This document shows, piece by piece, positions 1 through 9,526 of a stretch of DNA of 29,339 bases. The notes below the pieces were generated by a model that had not been told where the DNA came from, did not search any database, and saw only the letters and a list, made by a program, of their open reading frames with translations. The position numbers and the translations under genes were made by a program. Within the stretch, counting starts at the first letter, position 1, and the number at the start of each line of letters is the position of its first letter. This DNA comes from a virus (lineage: Duplodnaviria; Heunggongvirae; Uroviricota; Caudoviricetes): IMG/VR virus record IMGVR_UViG_2558860274_000008, positions 1 through 29,339 of that record, one strand, 5' to 3'.

Positions 1-348
1 ATGATCCCGTTACCTTCCGGGACCAAAATTTGGCTGGTTGCCGGTATCACCGATATGAGAAATGGCTTCAACGGCCTGGCTGCGAAAGTACAAACGGCGC
101 TGAAAGACGATCCCATGTCCGGCCATGTTTTCATTTTCCGGGGCCGCAGCGGCAGTCAGGTTAAACTGCTGTGGTCCACCGGTGACGGACTGTGCCTCCT
201 GACCAAACGGCTGGAGCGTGGGCGCTTCGCCTGGCCGTCAGCCCGTGATGGCAAAGTGTTCCTTACGCAGGCGCAGCTGGCGATGCTGCTGGAAGGTATC
301 GACTGGCGACAGCCTAAGCGGCTGCTGACCTCCCTGACCATGCTGTAA
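1..348 (+). CDS. tnpB: IS66-family accessory protein (orf2/TnpB-like)
   Basis: 115-aa ORF immediately upstream of a 512-aa IS66-type transposase. About 65% identical by eye to the second copy at 2955-3305, with the conserved IWLVAG..DMR..FNGL...SGH.FIFRGRR...K.LW...GLCL..KRLE pattern. Confidence 0.88.
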   Translation: MIPLPSGTKIWLVAGITDMRNGFNGLAAKVQTALKDDPMSGHVFIFRGRSGSQVKLLWSTGDGLCLLTKRLERGRFAWPSARDGKVFLTQAQLAMLLEGIDWRQPKRLLTSLTML

Positions 349-397
349 ATCTCTTTATCCTGGTTGTCACAGAATAAGCCCGGTAAAATACGGGCTT

Positions 398-1936
398 ATG
401 AACGACATCTCTTCTGACGACATCTTCCTGCTGAAACAGCGCCTGGCCGAACAGGAAGCGCTGATCCACGCCCTGCAGGAAAAGCTGAGCAACCGGGAGC
501 GCGAAATAGACCATCTGCAGGCGCAGCTGGATAAACTCCGCCGGATGAACTTCGGCAGTCGTTCCGAAAAAGTCTCCCGCCGTATCGCACAAATGGAAGC
601 CGATCTGAACCGGCTTCAGAAAGAGAGCGATACGCTGACTGGTAGGGTGTATGACCCGGCAGTACAGCGTCCGTTGCGTCAGACCCGCACCCGTAAGCCG
701 TTCCCTGAATCACTACCCCGTGACGAAAAGCGACTGTTGCCTGCGGCGCCGTGCTGCCCGAACTGCGGCGGTTCACTGAGCTATCTGGGCGAGGATACCG
801 CCGAACAGCTGGAGTTGATGCGTAGCGCCTTCCGGGTTATCCGGACGGTACGGGAAAAACATGCCTGTACTCAGTGCGATGCCATCGTGCAGGCACCTGC
901 ACCTTCGCGGCCCATCGAGCGGGGTATCGCCGGACCGGGGCTGCTGGCCCGCGTGCTGACCTCGAAGTATGCAGAGCACACCCCGCTGTATCGCCAGTCA
1001 GAAATATACGGCCGGCAAGGTGTGGAGCTGAGGCGTTCACTGCTGTCGGGCTGGGTGGATGCATGCTGCCGGCTGCTGTCTCCGCTGGAAGAGGCGCTTC
1101 ATGGCTATGTCATGACTGACGGCAAACTCCATGCCGATGATACCCCGGTCCAGGTACTGCTGCCGGGTAATAAGAAGACGAAGACCGGGCGGTTGTGGGC
1201 GTATGTTCGTGATGACCGCAATGCAGGGTCAGCGTTGGCACCTGCAGTGTGGTTCGCTTACAGCCCGGACAGAAAAGGCATCCATCCGCAGACTCATCTT
1301 GCCTGCTTCAGCGGTGTGCTGCAAGCGGATGCGTACGCCGGGTTCAACGAGCTGTATCGCAATGGTGGGATAACGGAAGCTGCCTGCTGGGCTCATGCCC
1401 GCCGAAAGATCCACGATGTGCACGTCCGCATCCCGTCAGCACTGACGGAAGAAGCCCTGGAGCAGATCGGTCAGTTGTACGCCATAGAGGCGGATATAAG
1501 GGGAATGCCGGCAGAGCAGCGGCTTGCTGAACGTCAGCGAAAAACGAAACCGTTGTTGAAATCCCTGGAAAGCTGGTTGCGTGAAAAGATGAAGACCCTG
1601 TCGCGACACTCAGAGTTGGCGAAGGCGTTCGCGTACGCACTTAACCAGTGGCCGGCACTGACGTACTATGCGAACGATGGCTGGGTGGAAATCGACAACA
1701 ACATCGCTGAAAATGCCCTGCGGGCGGTCAGTCTGGGTCGTAAAAACTTCCTGTTCTTCGGCTCTGATCATGGTGGTGAGCGGGGAGCGCTACTGTACAG
1801 CCTGATCGGGACGTGCAAACTGAATGACGTGGATCCAGAAAGCTACCTTCGCCATGTGCTTGGCGTCATAGCAGACTGGCCGGTCAACCGGGTCAGCGAA
1901 CTGCTTCCGTGGCGCATAGCACTGCCAGCTGAATAA
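398..1936 (+). CDS. tnpC: IS66-family transposase (orf3/TnpC)
   Basis: 512-aa ORF with an N-terminal coiled-coil/leucine-zipper region, a CxxC...CxxC zinc-finger region and a DDE-type core. Paralogous to 3336-4949. Confidence 0.9.
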   Translation: MNDISSDDIFLLKQRLAEQEALIHALQEKLSNREREIDHLQAQLDKLRRMNFGSRSEKVSRRIAQMEADLNRLQKESDTLTGRVYDPAVQRPLRQTRTRKPFPESLPRDEKRLLPAAPCCPNCGGSLSYLGEDTAEQLELMRSAFRVIRTVREKHACTQCDAIVQAPAPSRPIERGIAGPGLLARVLTSKYAEHTPLYRQSEIYGRQGVELRRSLLSGWVDACCRLLSPLEEALHGYVMTDGKLHADDTPVQVLLPGNKKTKTGRLWAYVRDDRNAGSALAPAVWFAYSPDRKGIHPQTHLACFSGVLQADAYAGFNELYRNGGITEAACWAHARRKIHDVHVRIPSALTEEALEQIGQLYAIEADIRGMPAEQRLAERQRKTKPLLKSLESWLREKMKTLSRHSELAKAFAYALNQWPALTYYANDGWVEIDNNIAENALRAVSLGRKNFLFFGSDHGGERGALLYSLIGTCKLNDVDPESYLRHVLGVIADWPVNRVSELLPWRIALPAE

Positions 1937-1973
1937 CACATCCCCGTCAATACGGCCCTCGCTGTACGCTTAC

Positions 1974-2437
1974 ACACGATTTTACGTCACTTAAAAAACT
2001 CAGGCCGCAGTCGGCAACCTCGCGCATACAGCCGGGCAGTGACATCATCGTCTGCGCGGAAATGGACGAACAGTGGGGCTACGTCGGGGCTAAATCGCGG
2101 CAGCGCTGGCTGTTTTACGCGTATGACAGGCTCTGGAAGACGGTTGTTGCGCACGTATTCGGTGAACGCACTATAGCGACGCTGGAGCGTCTTATGAGCC
2201 TGCTGTCACCCTTTGACGTGGTGATATGGATGACGGATGGCTGGCCGCTGTATGAATCCCGCCTGAAGGGAAAGCTGCATGTAATCAGCAAGCGATATAC
2301 GCAGCGAATTGAGCGGCATAACCTGAATCTGAGGCAGCATCTGGCACGGCTGGGACGGAAGTCGCTGTCGTTCTCAAAATCGGTGGAGCTGCATGACAAA
2401 GTAATCGGGCATTATCTGAACATAAAACACTATCAAT
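1974..2437 (+). pseudogene. insB: IS1 remnant: 3' portion of insB, truncated at 5' by IS66 copy 1 and with its stop codon split by IS66 copy 2
   Basis: Translation ...[49 protein letters not shown]...[12 protein letters not shown] matches IS1 InsB as I recall it. The natural stop (CAA|TAA) is split at 2437/2438 by the IS66 insertion, extending the ORF artefactually to 2508. Confidence 0.85.
2430..2437. repeat. 8-bp target-site duplication CTATCAAT (left copy) of IS66 copy 2
   Basis: The identical 8-mer is at 4980-4987, directly flanking the GTAAGCG.../...GCTTAC termini. Confidence 0.8.
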
Positions 2438-2522
2438 GTAAGCGTAAACTGACCGCCGTATGTAGCCATCAGACGAGAATTGGTAACTTAGACGCCCATC
2501 TGATATAGACGGACATCTAAGT

Positions 2523-2958
2523 ATGGAATTACAGGACTGGCGAAAAGAACCTCGTAAAAACTATTCGAATGAATTCAAACTTCGTATGGTGGAACTGGCA
2601 TCACAACCTGGAGCTTGTGTTGCACAGATTGCACGTGAAAATGGCGTCAATGATAATGTTATTTTCAAATGGCTCAGGCTCTGGCAGAACGAAGGGCGTG
2701 TTTCGCGGCGTCTTCCGGTAACGACCTCTTCTGACACTGGCGTTGAATTATTACCTTCTATTACCTGTAGAAATAACGCCGGATGAGCAGAAAGAACCTG
2801 TGGCGGCCATTGCGCCGTCTTTATCCACTTCCACTCAGACCAGAGTCAGTGCCAGTTCCTGCAAGGTGGAATTCCGTCACGGTAACATGACGCTGGAAAA
2901 TCCATCGCCAGAGCTGCTCACAGTGTTGATCCGTGAACTGACCGGGAGGGGAAGATGA
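2523..2958 (+). pseudogene. tnpA: IS66-family tnpA (orf1) disrupted by a frameshift
   Basis: The N-terminal HTH-like part (NYSNEFKLRMVELASQPGACVAQIARENGVNDNVIFKWL) is in one frame (2523-2786) and the C-terminal part in another (about 2743-2958). The latter ends with the ATGA overlap onto tnpB that is typical of IS66 orf1/orf2 coupling. Confidence 0.6.
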
Positions 2959-3305
2959 TCTCACTCCCATCAGGTACCCGTATCTGGCTCGTTGCCGGCG
3001 TTACCGATATGCGTAAATCCTTCAACGGACTGGGAGAACAGGTACAACATGTGCTGAATGATAATCCCTTCTCCGGTCACCTGTTTATCTTCCGTGGCCG
3101 ACGGGGTGACACCGTCAAAATTCTTTGGGCTGATGCTGATGGTCTGTGCCTGTTCACCAAACGCCTGGAGGAAGGCCAGTTTATCTGGCCTGCGGTACGT
3201 GACGGCAAGGTATCCATTACCCGCTCGCAACTGGCAATGCTCCTCGATAAGCTGGACTGGCGTCAGCCAAAAACATCCAGCCGTAACTCACTGACAATGT
3301 TGTAA
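2955..3305 (+). CDS. tnpB: IS66-family accessory protein (orf2/TnpB-like)
   Basis: 116-aa ORF, paralog of 1-348, with its start overlapping the tnpA stop. Confidence 0.9.
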   Translation: MISLPSGTRIWLVAGVTDMRKSFNGLGEQVQHVLNDNPFSGHLFIFRGRRGDTVKILWADADGLCLFTKRLEEGQFIWPAVRDGKVSITRSQLAMLLDKLDWRQPKTSSRNSLTML

Positions 3306-3335
3306 AAAACTCCTGACCGCATTATAAAAACGGTC

Positions 3336-4949
3336 ATGAGTCAGAAATACCTCATTCGCATCGCAGAGCTGGAAAGGTTGCTCTCTGAGCAGGCTGAAGC
3401 CCTCCGTCAGAAAGACCAGCAACTGAGTCTGGTTGAAGAGACGGAAGCCTTCCTGCGCTCTGCACTGACACGTGCCGAAGAAAAGATCGAAGAAGATGAA
3501 CGGGAAATAGAACATCTGCGGGCTCAGATAGAAAAACTGCGCCGGATGCTGTTCGGTACCCGTTCTGAAAAACTGCGTCGTGAAGTTGAACTGGCTGAGG
3601 CTCTGCTGAAACAACGTGAACAGGACAGCGATCGTTACAGTGGGCGGGAAGACGATCCTCAGGTTCCCCGCCAGTTGCGACAGTCGCGCCATCGTCGTCC
3701 GTTACCGGCACACCTTCCCCGTGAAATACACCGCCTGGAGCCAGAAGAAAGCTGTTGCCCGGAGTGTGGCGGTGAGCTGGATTATCTGGGGGAAGTCAGC
3801 GCTGAACAGCTGGAACTGGTGAGCAGTGCCCTGAAAGTGATCCGCACAGAACGGGTAAAAAAAGCCTGTACAAAATGTGACTGTATTGTTGAAGCACCGG
3901 CGCCGTCCCGCCCGATAGAGCGTGGTATCGCGGGCCCCGGATTACTTGCCCGCGTGTTAACGGGAAAATACTGCGAACATCTGCCACTGTATCGTCAGAG
4001 TGAAATCTTTGCCCGCCAGGGTGTCGAACTGAGCCGGGCCTTACTCTCCAACTGGGTTGACGCGTGCTGCCAGTTAATGACACCGGTGAATGATGCCCTG
4101 TACCGTTATGTAATGAACACCCGCAAGGTTCACACTGATGACACACCGGTAAAGGTACTGGCACCGGGTCAGAAAAAGGCGAAAACAGGGCGTATCTGGA
4201 CGTATGTCCGGGATGATCGCAATGTGGGTTCGTCATCTCCTCCAGCGGTCTGGTTCGCGTACTCGCCGAACCGGCAGGGGAAACACCCGGAGCAACACCT
4301 CCGCCCCTTCCGGGGTATCCTGCAGGCGGATGCGTTCACAGGTTACGACAGGTTGTTCAGTGCAGGACGTGAAGGTGGTGCACTGACAGAAGTTGCGTGC
4401 TGGGCCCATGCCCGGCGAAAAATCCACGATGTATACATCAGCAGCAAAAGTGCGACGGCAGAAGAAGCACTGAAGCGAATCAGTGAACTGTACGCCATCG
4501 AGGATGAAATACGGGGATTACCGGAGTCAGAGCGTCTTGCCGTCAGGCAGCAGCGAAGCAAAGTGTTACTGACGTCGCTGCATGAATGGATGGTGGAGAA
4601 GAATGGTACGCTGTCGAAAAAATCCAGACTGGGCGAAGCGTTCAGCTATGTACTGAATCAGTGGGATGCCCTCTGTTATTACAGTGATGACGGTCTGGCG
4701 GAGGCGGATAATAATGCTGCGGAAAGAGCGCTTCGTGCAGTCTGTCTCGGAAAGAAAAACTTTATGTTCTTTGGCAGCGATCACGGCGGCGAGCGTGGAG
4801 CACTGTTGTACGGGCTGATCGGCACCTGCCGTCTGAACGGTATCGATCCGGAAGCGTATCTGCGCCATATCCTGAGCGTACTGCCGGAATGGCCTTCCAA
4901 CCGAGTTGATGAACTCCTGCCATGGAACGTAGTACTCACCAATAAATAA
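3336..4949 (+). CDS. tnpC: IS66-family transposase (orf3/TnpC)
   Basis: 537-aa ORF, paralog of 398-1936, with the same zinc-finger and DDE-region patterns. Confidence 0.9.
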   Translation: MSQKYLIRIAELERLLSEQAEALRQKDQQLSLVEETEAFLRSALTRAEEKIEEDEREIEHLRAQIEKLRRMLFGTRSEKLRREVELAEALLKQREQDSDRYSGREDDPQVPRQLRQSRHRRPLPAHLPREIHRLEPEESCCPECGGELDYLGEVSAEQLELVSSALKVIRTERVKKACTKCDCIVEAPAPSRPIERGIAGPGLLARVLTGKYCEHLPLYRQSEIFARQGVELSRALLSNWVDACCQLMTPVNDALYRYVMNTRKVHTDDTPVKVLAPGQKKAKTGRIWTYVRDDRNVGSSSPPAVWFAYSPNRQGKHPEQHLRPFRGILQADAFTGYDRLFSAGREGGALTEVACWAHARRKIHDVYISSKSATAEEALKRISELYAIEDEIRGLPESERLAVRQQRSKVLLTSLHEWMVEKNGTLSKKSRLGEAFSYVLNQWDALCYYSDDGLAEADNNAAERALRAVCLGKKNFMFFGSDHGGERGALLYGLIGTCRLNGIDPEAYLRHILSVLPEWPSNRVDELLPWNVVLTNK

Positions 4950-4979
4950 GCGTCAATACGGTGCTCCGTTGACGCTTAC

Positions 4980-5004
4980 CTATCAATAAGTTGGGACCAT
5001 TACC
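4980..5004 (+). mobile_element. IS1 right terminal segment (TSD copy plus IS1 inverted-repeat end), displaced by the IS66 copy 2 insertion
   Basis: CTATCAATAAGTTGG..CATTACC continues IS1 exactly where 2437 left off. Confidence 0.8.
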
Positions 5005-5034
5005 AAATAGTTTATATGCTAAAAATTTAGGGAA

Positions 5035-8000
5035 TCATTTTCCTAATTCTCCAGCTAAAAGTTCAGCCTGCTTCAAAACAGTCTCTGTGGCGAGCAATGA
5101 CATATCAGGCGGATAACCATATTTTTTGAGCAGACGTTTTACCACCACGCGAATTTTTGCTCTTGCTGCTTCTTTCACTGTCCAGTCAAGACTGACATTG
5201 TTGCGGATAGCCTCCGTAAGTACGACTGCCAGTTCTCGTAGTTTTTCCTTTTCCATTAACTCGCGAGCACTGTCGTTATCTGCAACAGCAGAATAGAAGG
5301 CATATTCATAAGCGCTGAGGTTTAACTGGCTGGCAAGGCTGTCAGATTCCTGGATAGTCTTGGCAAGCTTGATTAGCTCATCAATTACCTCCGCTGCGGT
5401 CAGTACCTTGTTCTGGTAGCCATTGATTGCAGAGGTCAGCATATCAATCAGTTTTTTGCCTTGGGTGATACTTTGATTCGAGCGAACCTTGATCTCGTCA
5501 GAAAGCAGTTTTTTAAGCGTTTCCAAAGCAATATTTCTGTGTTGGTAATCCTTCATTTCCTGAAGGAATTCTTCAGAAAGAACGGAAATATCAGGTTTTT
5601 GTATCCCAGCAGCGTCAAAAATATCAACAACTTTATCGGTAACCAGAGCCTGATCGATAGTCTGTTTTACCCGAACTTCGAGACTGTCATTGTGTTCTTC
5701 TTCTGATCCGTCTGAGTTTTCAGTAAATTTATTCAGTCTGGCTTTTACTGCCTGGAAGAATGCTACTTCGGGTGCCGCTTCCATTGCTTTATCGTGCGGT
5801 GTCGCCAATGCAAATGCCTGCGATAAGGCTGCAACCGCAGCGAGGAAACGCATTTTACCTTTACCGTTATCCAGCCCTAAAATATGGTTTTCTGATTCAA
5901 GAATAATTGTCAGGCGTTGTGAGGTAGTTGCGGCAAAGTAAGCTTTGTAATCGTATCCATGCATCATGCCTTCCAGGATTTCCAGCTTTTCCTGCATGAG
6001 CGTTACGGCTTCTTCCTGAACCTCAGCAGGATCTCCACGTCCACCTGCATCAGAGTAAAAGGAGAGGGCTTCTTTTAAATCAGAGGCAATGCCCAGATAG
6101 TCAACAACCAGACCGCCTATCTTATCTTTATACACACGGTTCACACGGGCAATTGCCTGCATAAGGTTGTGGCCTTTCATTGGTTTGTCGATATACAGCG
6201 TATGCATGCTGGGAGCGTCGAAGCCGGTTAACCACATATCACGCACTATCACCAGTTTCAGCTTGTCGTCGTCATCCTTCATACGGTTAGCCAGAACCTG
6301 ACGTTCTTTTTTTGTGGTGTGGTGTTTGGCAATTTCTGGCCCGTCAGCAGCAGAAGAGGTCATGACGACTTTTATTATACCGTCATTTAAATCATCGCTG
6401 TGCCATTCAGGTTTTAAGGCTATGATTTCTTTATATAGTTCAGCAGCAATACGGCGGGACATGGTAACAATCATGCCCTTACCATGATCGGCATTGGATT
6501 TTAAGCGCTGCTCAAAGTGCAGAACCATATCCGCCGCAATCGCTTTAATACGTTTTGAACTGCCAATCAAACCTTCGATTCTGGCCCATTTAGAACGTTC
6601 TTTTTGCGTGAGCGTCAGTTCGTCCTCGTTAAACTCATCATCAAAGTCTTCAATAAGCTGACGACCTTCATCACTGATGGCAATTTTGGCAAGACGGCTT
6701 TCATAAAAGATACGAACTGTTGCACCATCTTCAACGGCCTGCGAGATATCGTAGATATCAACATAGTTACCAAAAACAGCAGGCGTGTTGACGTCCGTTT
6801 TTTCTATGGGGGTTCCGGTAAAGCCGAGATAGGTCGCATTAGGTAAGGCATCACGCATATATTTGGCAAAGCCGTAAACGGTGCGTTTACCTGTTACGTT
6901 GCCTTCGCTGTCTTTCACGTCAACTTCTTTGGCGCTGAAACCGTACTGGGAACGGTGTGCTTCATCAGCGATAACGACAATATTGGTTCTGTCTGACAAC
7001 AACTCATAGATATTGCTGCCATCATCAGGCTGGAATTTTTGAATAGTAGTAAACACCACACCGCCAGAGGCGACACGCAAATATTCTTTGAGTTCTTCCC
7101 GGTTGTTGGCCTGTTTTGGTGTCTGACGAAGTAGCTGGGTCGCGGAAGAGAACGTACCGAATAGCTGATCATCTAAGTCGTTACGGTCAGTAATCACAAC
7201 AACTGTCGGATTATCCAGCGCCAGCACAATTTTCCCGGTATAAAACACCATCGAAAGCGATTTACCGGAACCCTGAGTATGCCAGACTACGCCCGCTTTG
7301 CGATCTCCGGTTTTTTGCGCATTAACAAGATCTTTACTGTTACGTCCCTGCTGGCGCAGTGCCACTTCGGCAGAGGGGGAGTCCGCATTCACCGCTGAGG
7401 CACGAATAGTGGAAAGAACTGCTGCATTGACCGCGTAGTACTGGTGATAAGCCGCCATTTTTTTAACAGTACGGATACTGATAATCCCTTTGCTGTCTTC
7501 ATGTTTGCTGGCCTCAAACACGATAAAGTGGCGGATTATATCCAGCAGCGTTACAGGATTAAGCAACCCCTGTAATAAAACTTCAAGCTGTGGTTGGGTA
7601 CTGGTGGCTTGCGTTTTACCGTTAGCAGTTTTCCACGTCATATAACGACTGAAATCGGCAGAAACCGTCCCCGCTTTGGCTTCCAGCCCGTCAGATATCA
7701 CATTAAAAGCATTGTAGTTAAACAGACCGGGGATTTGGTTCTGATAGGTTTTAATCTGATTATAGGCACCTGTTACCGTTGCATTTTCGTCAGCGGCATT
7801 TTTAAGTTCGATAACGACTAATGGCAGGCCATTGATGAATAAAATAAGATCAGGTCGGCGGGTATGGTTGCCTTCTTTGATGGTGAGCTGATTAATGACC
7901 AGAAATGCATTATTAGTGGGATCGTTAAAGTCGATCAGGCTGGCCAGTTCTCCTTGTGTATTACCATCCTTGCTGACTTCGATATTGATTCCTTCGGTCA

Positions 8001-8274
8001 AAAGGCGATGAAAGGTTAGATTGTTTGCCATTAGGTCAGGTGAGCTGGTCTGCATCACCTGTTTTAGAGCTTCTTCACACTTCTGCTCACTAAGGTGCGG
8101 GTTAATTCGTTGCAATGCTGTACGCACTTTATCTTCAAGGATAACCTGCTGATAGCTACGTAACGGATTGATTCCACTGGGTTCAATGTCCGGGCCGTAA
8201 ACATACTCATAGCCCAGCCCTTGCAGGTGCTCAATTGCCATTACTTCAATATCGGATTCGGTCATCTTTGCCAT
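5035..8274 (-). CDS. hsdR: Type I restriction enzyme R subunit (HsdR)
   Basis: 1079-aa ORF with Walker A (TQGSGKSLS) and DEAH box (VIADEAHRSQ) helicase motifs and HsdR-like N- and C-terminal regions. Sits downstream of hsdM-hsdS with an SD (AAGGA) before the ATG. Confidence 0.93.
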   Translation of the reverse strand: MAKMTESDIEVMAIEHLQGLGYEYVYGPDIEPSGINPLRSYQQVILEDKVRTALQRINPHLSEQKCEEALKQVMQTSSPDLMANNLTFHRLLTEGINIEVSKDGNTQGELASLIDFNDPTNNAFLVINQLTIKEGNHTRRPDLILFINGLPLVVIELKNAADENATVTGAYNQIKTYQNQIPGLFNYNAFNVISDGLEAKAGTVSADFSRYMTWKTANGKTQATSTQPQLEVLLQGLLNPVTLLDIIRHFIVFEASKHEDSKGIISIRTVKKMAAYHQYYAVNAAVLSTIRASAVNADSPSAEVALRQQGRNSKDLVNAQKTGDRKAGVVWHTQGSGKSLSMVFYTGKIVLALDNPTVVVITDRNDLDDQLFGTFSSATQLLRQTPKQANNREELKEYLRVASGGVVFTTIQKFQPDDGSNIYELLSDRTNIVVIADEAHRSQYGFSAKEVDVKDSEGNVTGKRTVYGFAKYMRDALPNATYLGFTGTPIEKTDVNTPAVFGNYVDIYDISQAVEDGATVRIFYESRLAKIAISDEGRQLIEDFDDEFNEDELTLTQKERSKWARIEGLIGSSKRIKAIAADMVLHFEQRLKSNADHGKGMIVTMSRRIAAELYKEIIALKPEWHSDDLNDGIIKVVMTSSAADGPEIAKHHTTKKERQVLANRMKDDDDKLKLVIVRDMWLTGFDAPSMHTLYIDKPMKGHNLMQAIARVNRVYKDKIGGLVVDYLGIASDLKEALSFYSDAGGRGDPAEVQEEAVTLMQEKLEILEGMMHGYDYKAYFAATTSQRLTIILESENHILGLDNGKGKMRFLAAVAALSQAFALATPHDKAMEAAPEVAFFQAVKARLNKFTENSDGSEEEHNDSLEVRVKQTIDQALVTDKVVDIFDAAGIQKPDISVLSEEFLQEMKDYQHRNIALETLKKLLSDEIKVRSNQSITQGKKLIDMLTSAINGYQNKVLTAAEVIDELIKLAKTIQESDSLASQLNLSAYEYAFYSAVADNDSARELMEKEKLRELAVVLTEAIRNNVSLDWTVKEAARAKIRVVVKRLLKKYGYPPDMSLLATETVLKQAELLAGELGK

Positions 8275-8332
8275 GCGTACTGTCCTTATTGCCGCTTAAC
8301 CAGAGAGCGGGCTGTACACCCGCATAATTATT

Positions 8333-9526
8333 TTATGCTACTGATGCGATTGCTTCTTCCGCATACTGAACCCGTACTTCGCCGCTCATCAGTTTGGGAA
8401 GGAGAGTGTCGCGCAGAGATTCTATGTTTTTAATTTGTGAGTTGTTAATACTTATTTTTTTCCAGAAGAAATCAATCTGTGTAGTGAATTCTTTCACCAT
8501 ACACTCCGGGGGGAGTTTGAATTCTGGGCGTTGTAATCCGTCAGCCGACAGCTGATTTACAGTTGAACCGTTAGTTGCAGCAACAACTTGCTCATGCATA
8601 TCTTTGGAGCAAAGTAAATAGTACAGAAAAGCATTGGTTAAGTAACTATCGTCATTGATGCTGATTTTAAATAAATGATGCGTATATATGGATAATTCGC
8701 TTTCTGTTTTTGGAATTATAGCAGGATACCCTATGAGTCGATATTCATGGCCCTGTTCTGTATTGGCTACAATGATATCCCCAGGCTTTATAATATGCCT
8801 TTCTTTAAAATCACCATTGTAGTATTTTATACCTGCACTCTTATAACCACCGCCCTCAAGTACTGAGTTCAAACTAAAAAGTGGAATGCCGTTATCTGAC
8901 GTGGTAAGGCCGGCTCCCTTGTAGCTTAATCCCTTAGCTACTGTAATATGACAATCAAGAGTCGTTATTTCCCAATCCGCATGCGTCTCTTCAATAAACC
9001 ACTGTCTAAATAGGGTTTCTGCCATGGATTCCAGAGTTTTATTCTGGCGATGAAGCAGGTCTATTTTGTCTTTAAGAGAGGACAAAATAGAGGCGATGGC
9101 TTTTTGTTCAGATTCATCAATTGGTAAGTAAAGAGGAATCAAATTTAGCGATGCTTTATTTAATTTTGGTTGAGCAGCACCTGTTAAATAAGGAGATAGA
9201 TCAAGCTGTGAAAAATATTGGATTATCAATGCCGTTAAATGGGGCTTTTTAGCTTTAAGGACATGAGCGTGATTATTAACCCAAAATTTTCCAGTAGCTT
9301 CAAATGCTATAGGTGTTTTTCTGGACTTTAAGTTTTCTCCATCTTCAGAAATAAGGATGTAGCTGCCATCAAAAATATAATTGTCGATATAATCGACAAT
9401 TCCTGACGCTCCATAATATGGAAAATTTCCTTTCTTATGGGCTCGTTCCATAGCACTCAAAGGAATTCTTTGTGCGTTGCAAAAATCTGCTAATTCAGTT
9501 ATACAAAAATTTCTCCACCTACTCAT
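8333..9526 (-). CDS. hsdS: Type I restriction-modification specificity subunit (HsdS)
   Basis: 397-aa ORF between hsdM and hsdR, with a 4-nt overlap onto the hsdM stop. Two variable target-recognition halves separated by a conserved coiled-coil-like spacer ([13 protein letters not shown] type). Confidence 0.88.
   Translation of the reverse strand: MSRWRNFCITELADFCNAQRIPLSAMERAHKKGNFPYYGASGIVDYIDNYIFDGSYILISEDGENLKSRKTPIAFEATGKFWVNNHAHVLKAKKPHLTALIIQYFSQLDLSPYLTGAAQPKLNKASLNLIPLYLPIDESEQKAIASILSSLKDKIDLLHRQNKTLESMAETLFRQWFIEETHADWEITTLDCHITVAKGLSYKGAGLTTSDNGIPLFSLNSVLEGGGYKSAGIKYYNGDFKERHIIKPGDIIVANTEQGHEYRLIGYPAIIPKTESELSIYTHHLFKISINDDSYLTNAFLYYLLCSKDMHEQVVAATNGSTVNQLSADGLQRPEFKLPPECMVKEFTTQIDFFWKKISINNSQIKNIESLRDTLLPKLMSGEVRVQYAEEAIASVA

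Larger units (their letters stand above)
1..1973 (+). mobile_element. IS66-family element copy 1 (left part, including tnpA, lies outside the window)
   Basis: tnpB and tnpC are followed by a terminus ending ...GCTTAC at 1968-1973 (reverse complement GTAAGCG...), the same terminal motif as copy 2. IS1 sequence begins at 1974. Confidence 0.75.
2438..4979 (+). mobile_element. IS66-family element copy 2 (complete, about 2.5 kb) inserted into the IS1 right end
   Basis: Imperfect terminal inverted repeats beginning GTAAGCGT (2438-) and ending ACGCTTAC (-4979). Internal order tnpA(frameshifted)-tnpB-tnpC, flanked by an 8-bp direct repeat. Confidence 0.85.

Noticed and set aside
396-1640. Several minus- and plus-strand ORFs (396-776, 773-979, 837-1064, 874-1119, 1131-1373, 1229-1423, 1249-1530, 1344-1640) overlapping tnpC of IS66 copy 1
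   Set aside because: All lie inside the well-supported 512-aa transposase gene in other frames or on the other strand. They are GC-rich shadow ORFs with no start context.
3352-4868. Overlapping ORFs inside IS66 copy 2 (3288-3692, 3352-3711, 3616-3822, 3796-4236, 4204-4386, 4233-4427, 4343-4561, 4566-4868)
   Set aside because: Antisense or out-of-frame within tnpB/tnpC. No independent support.
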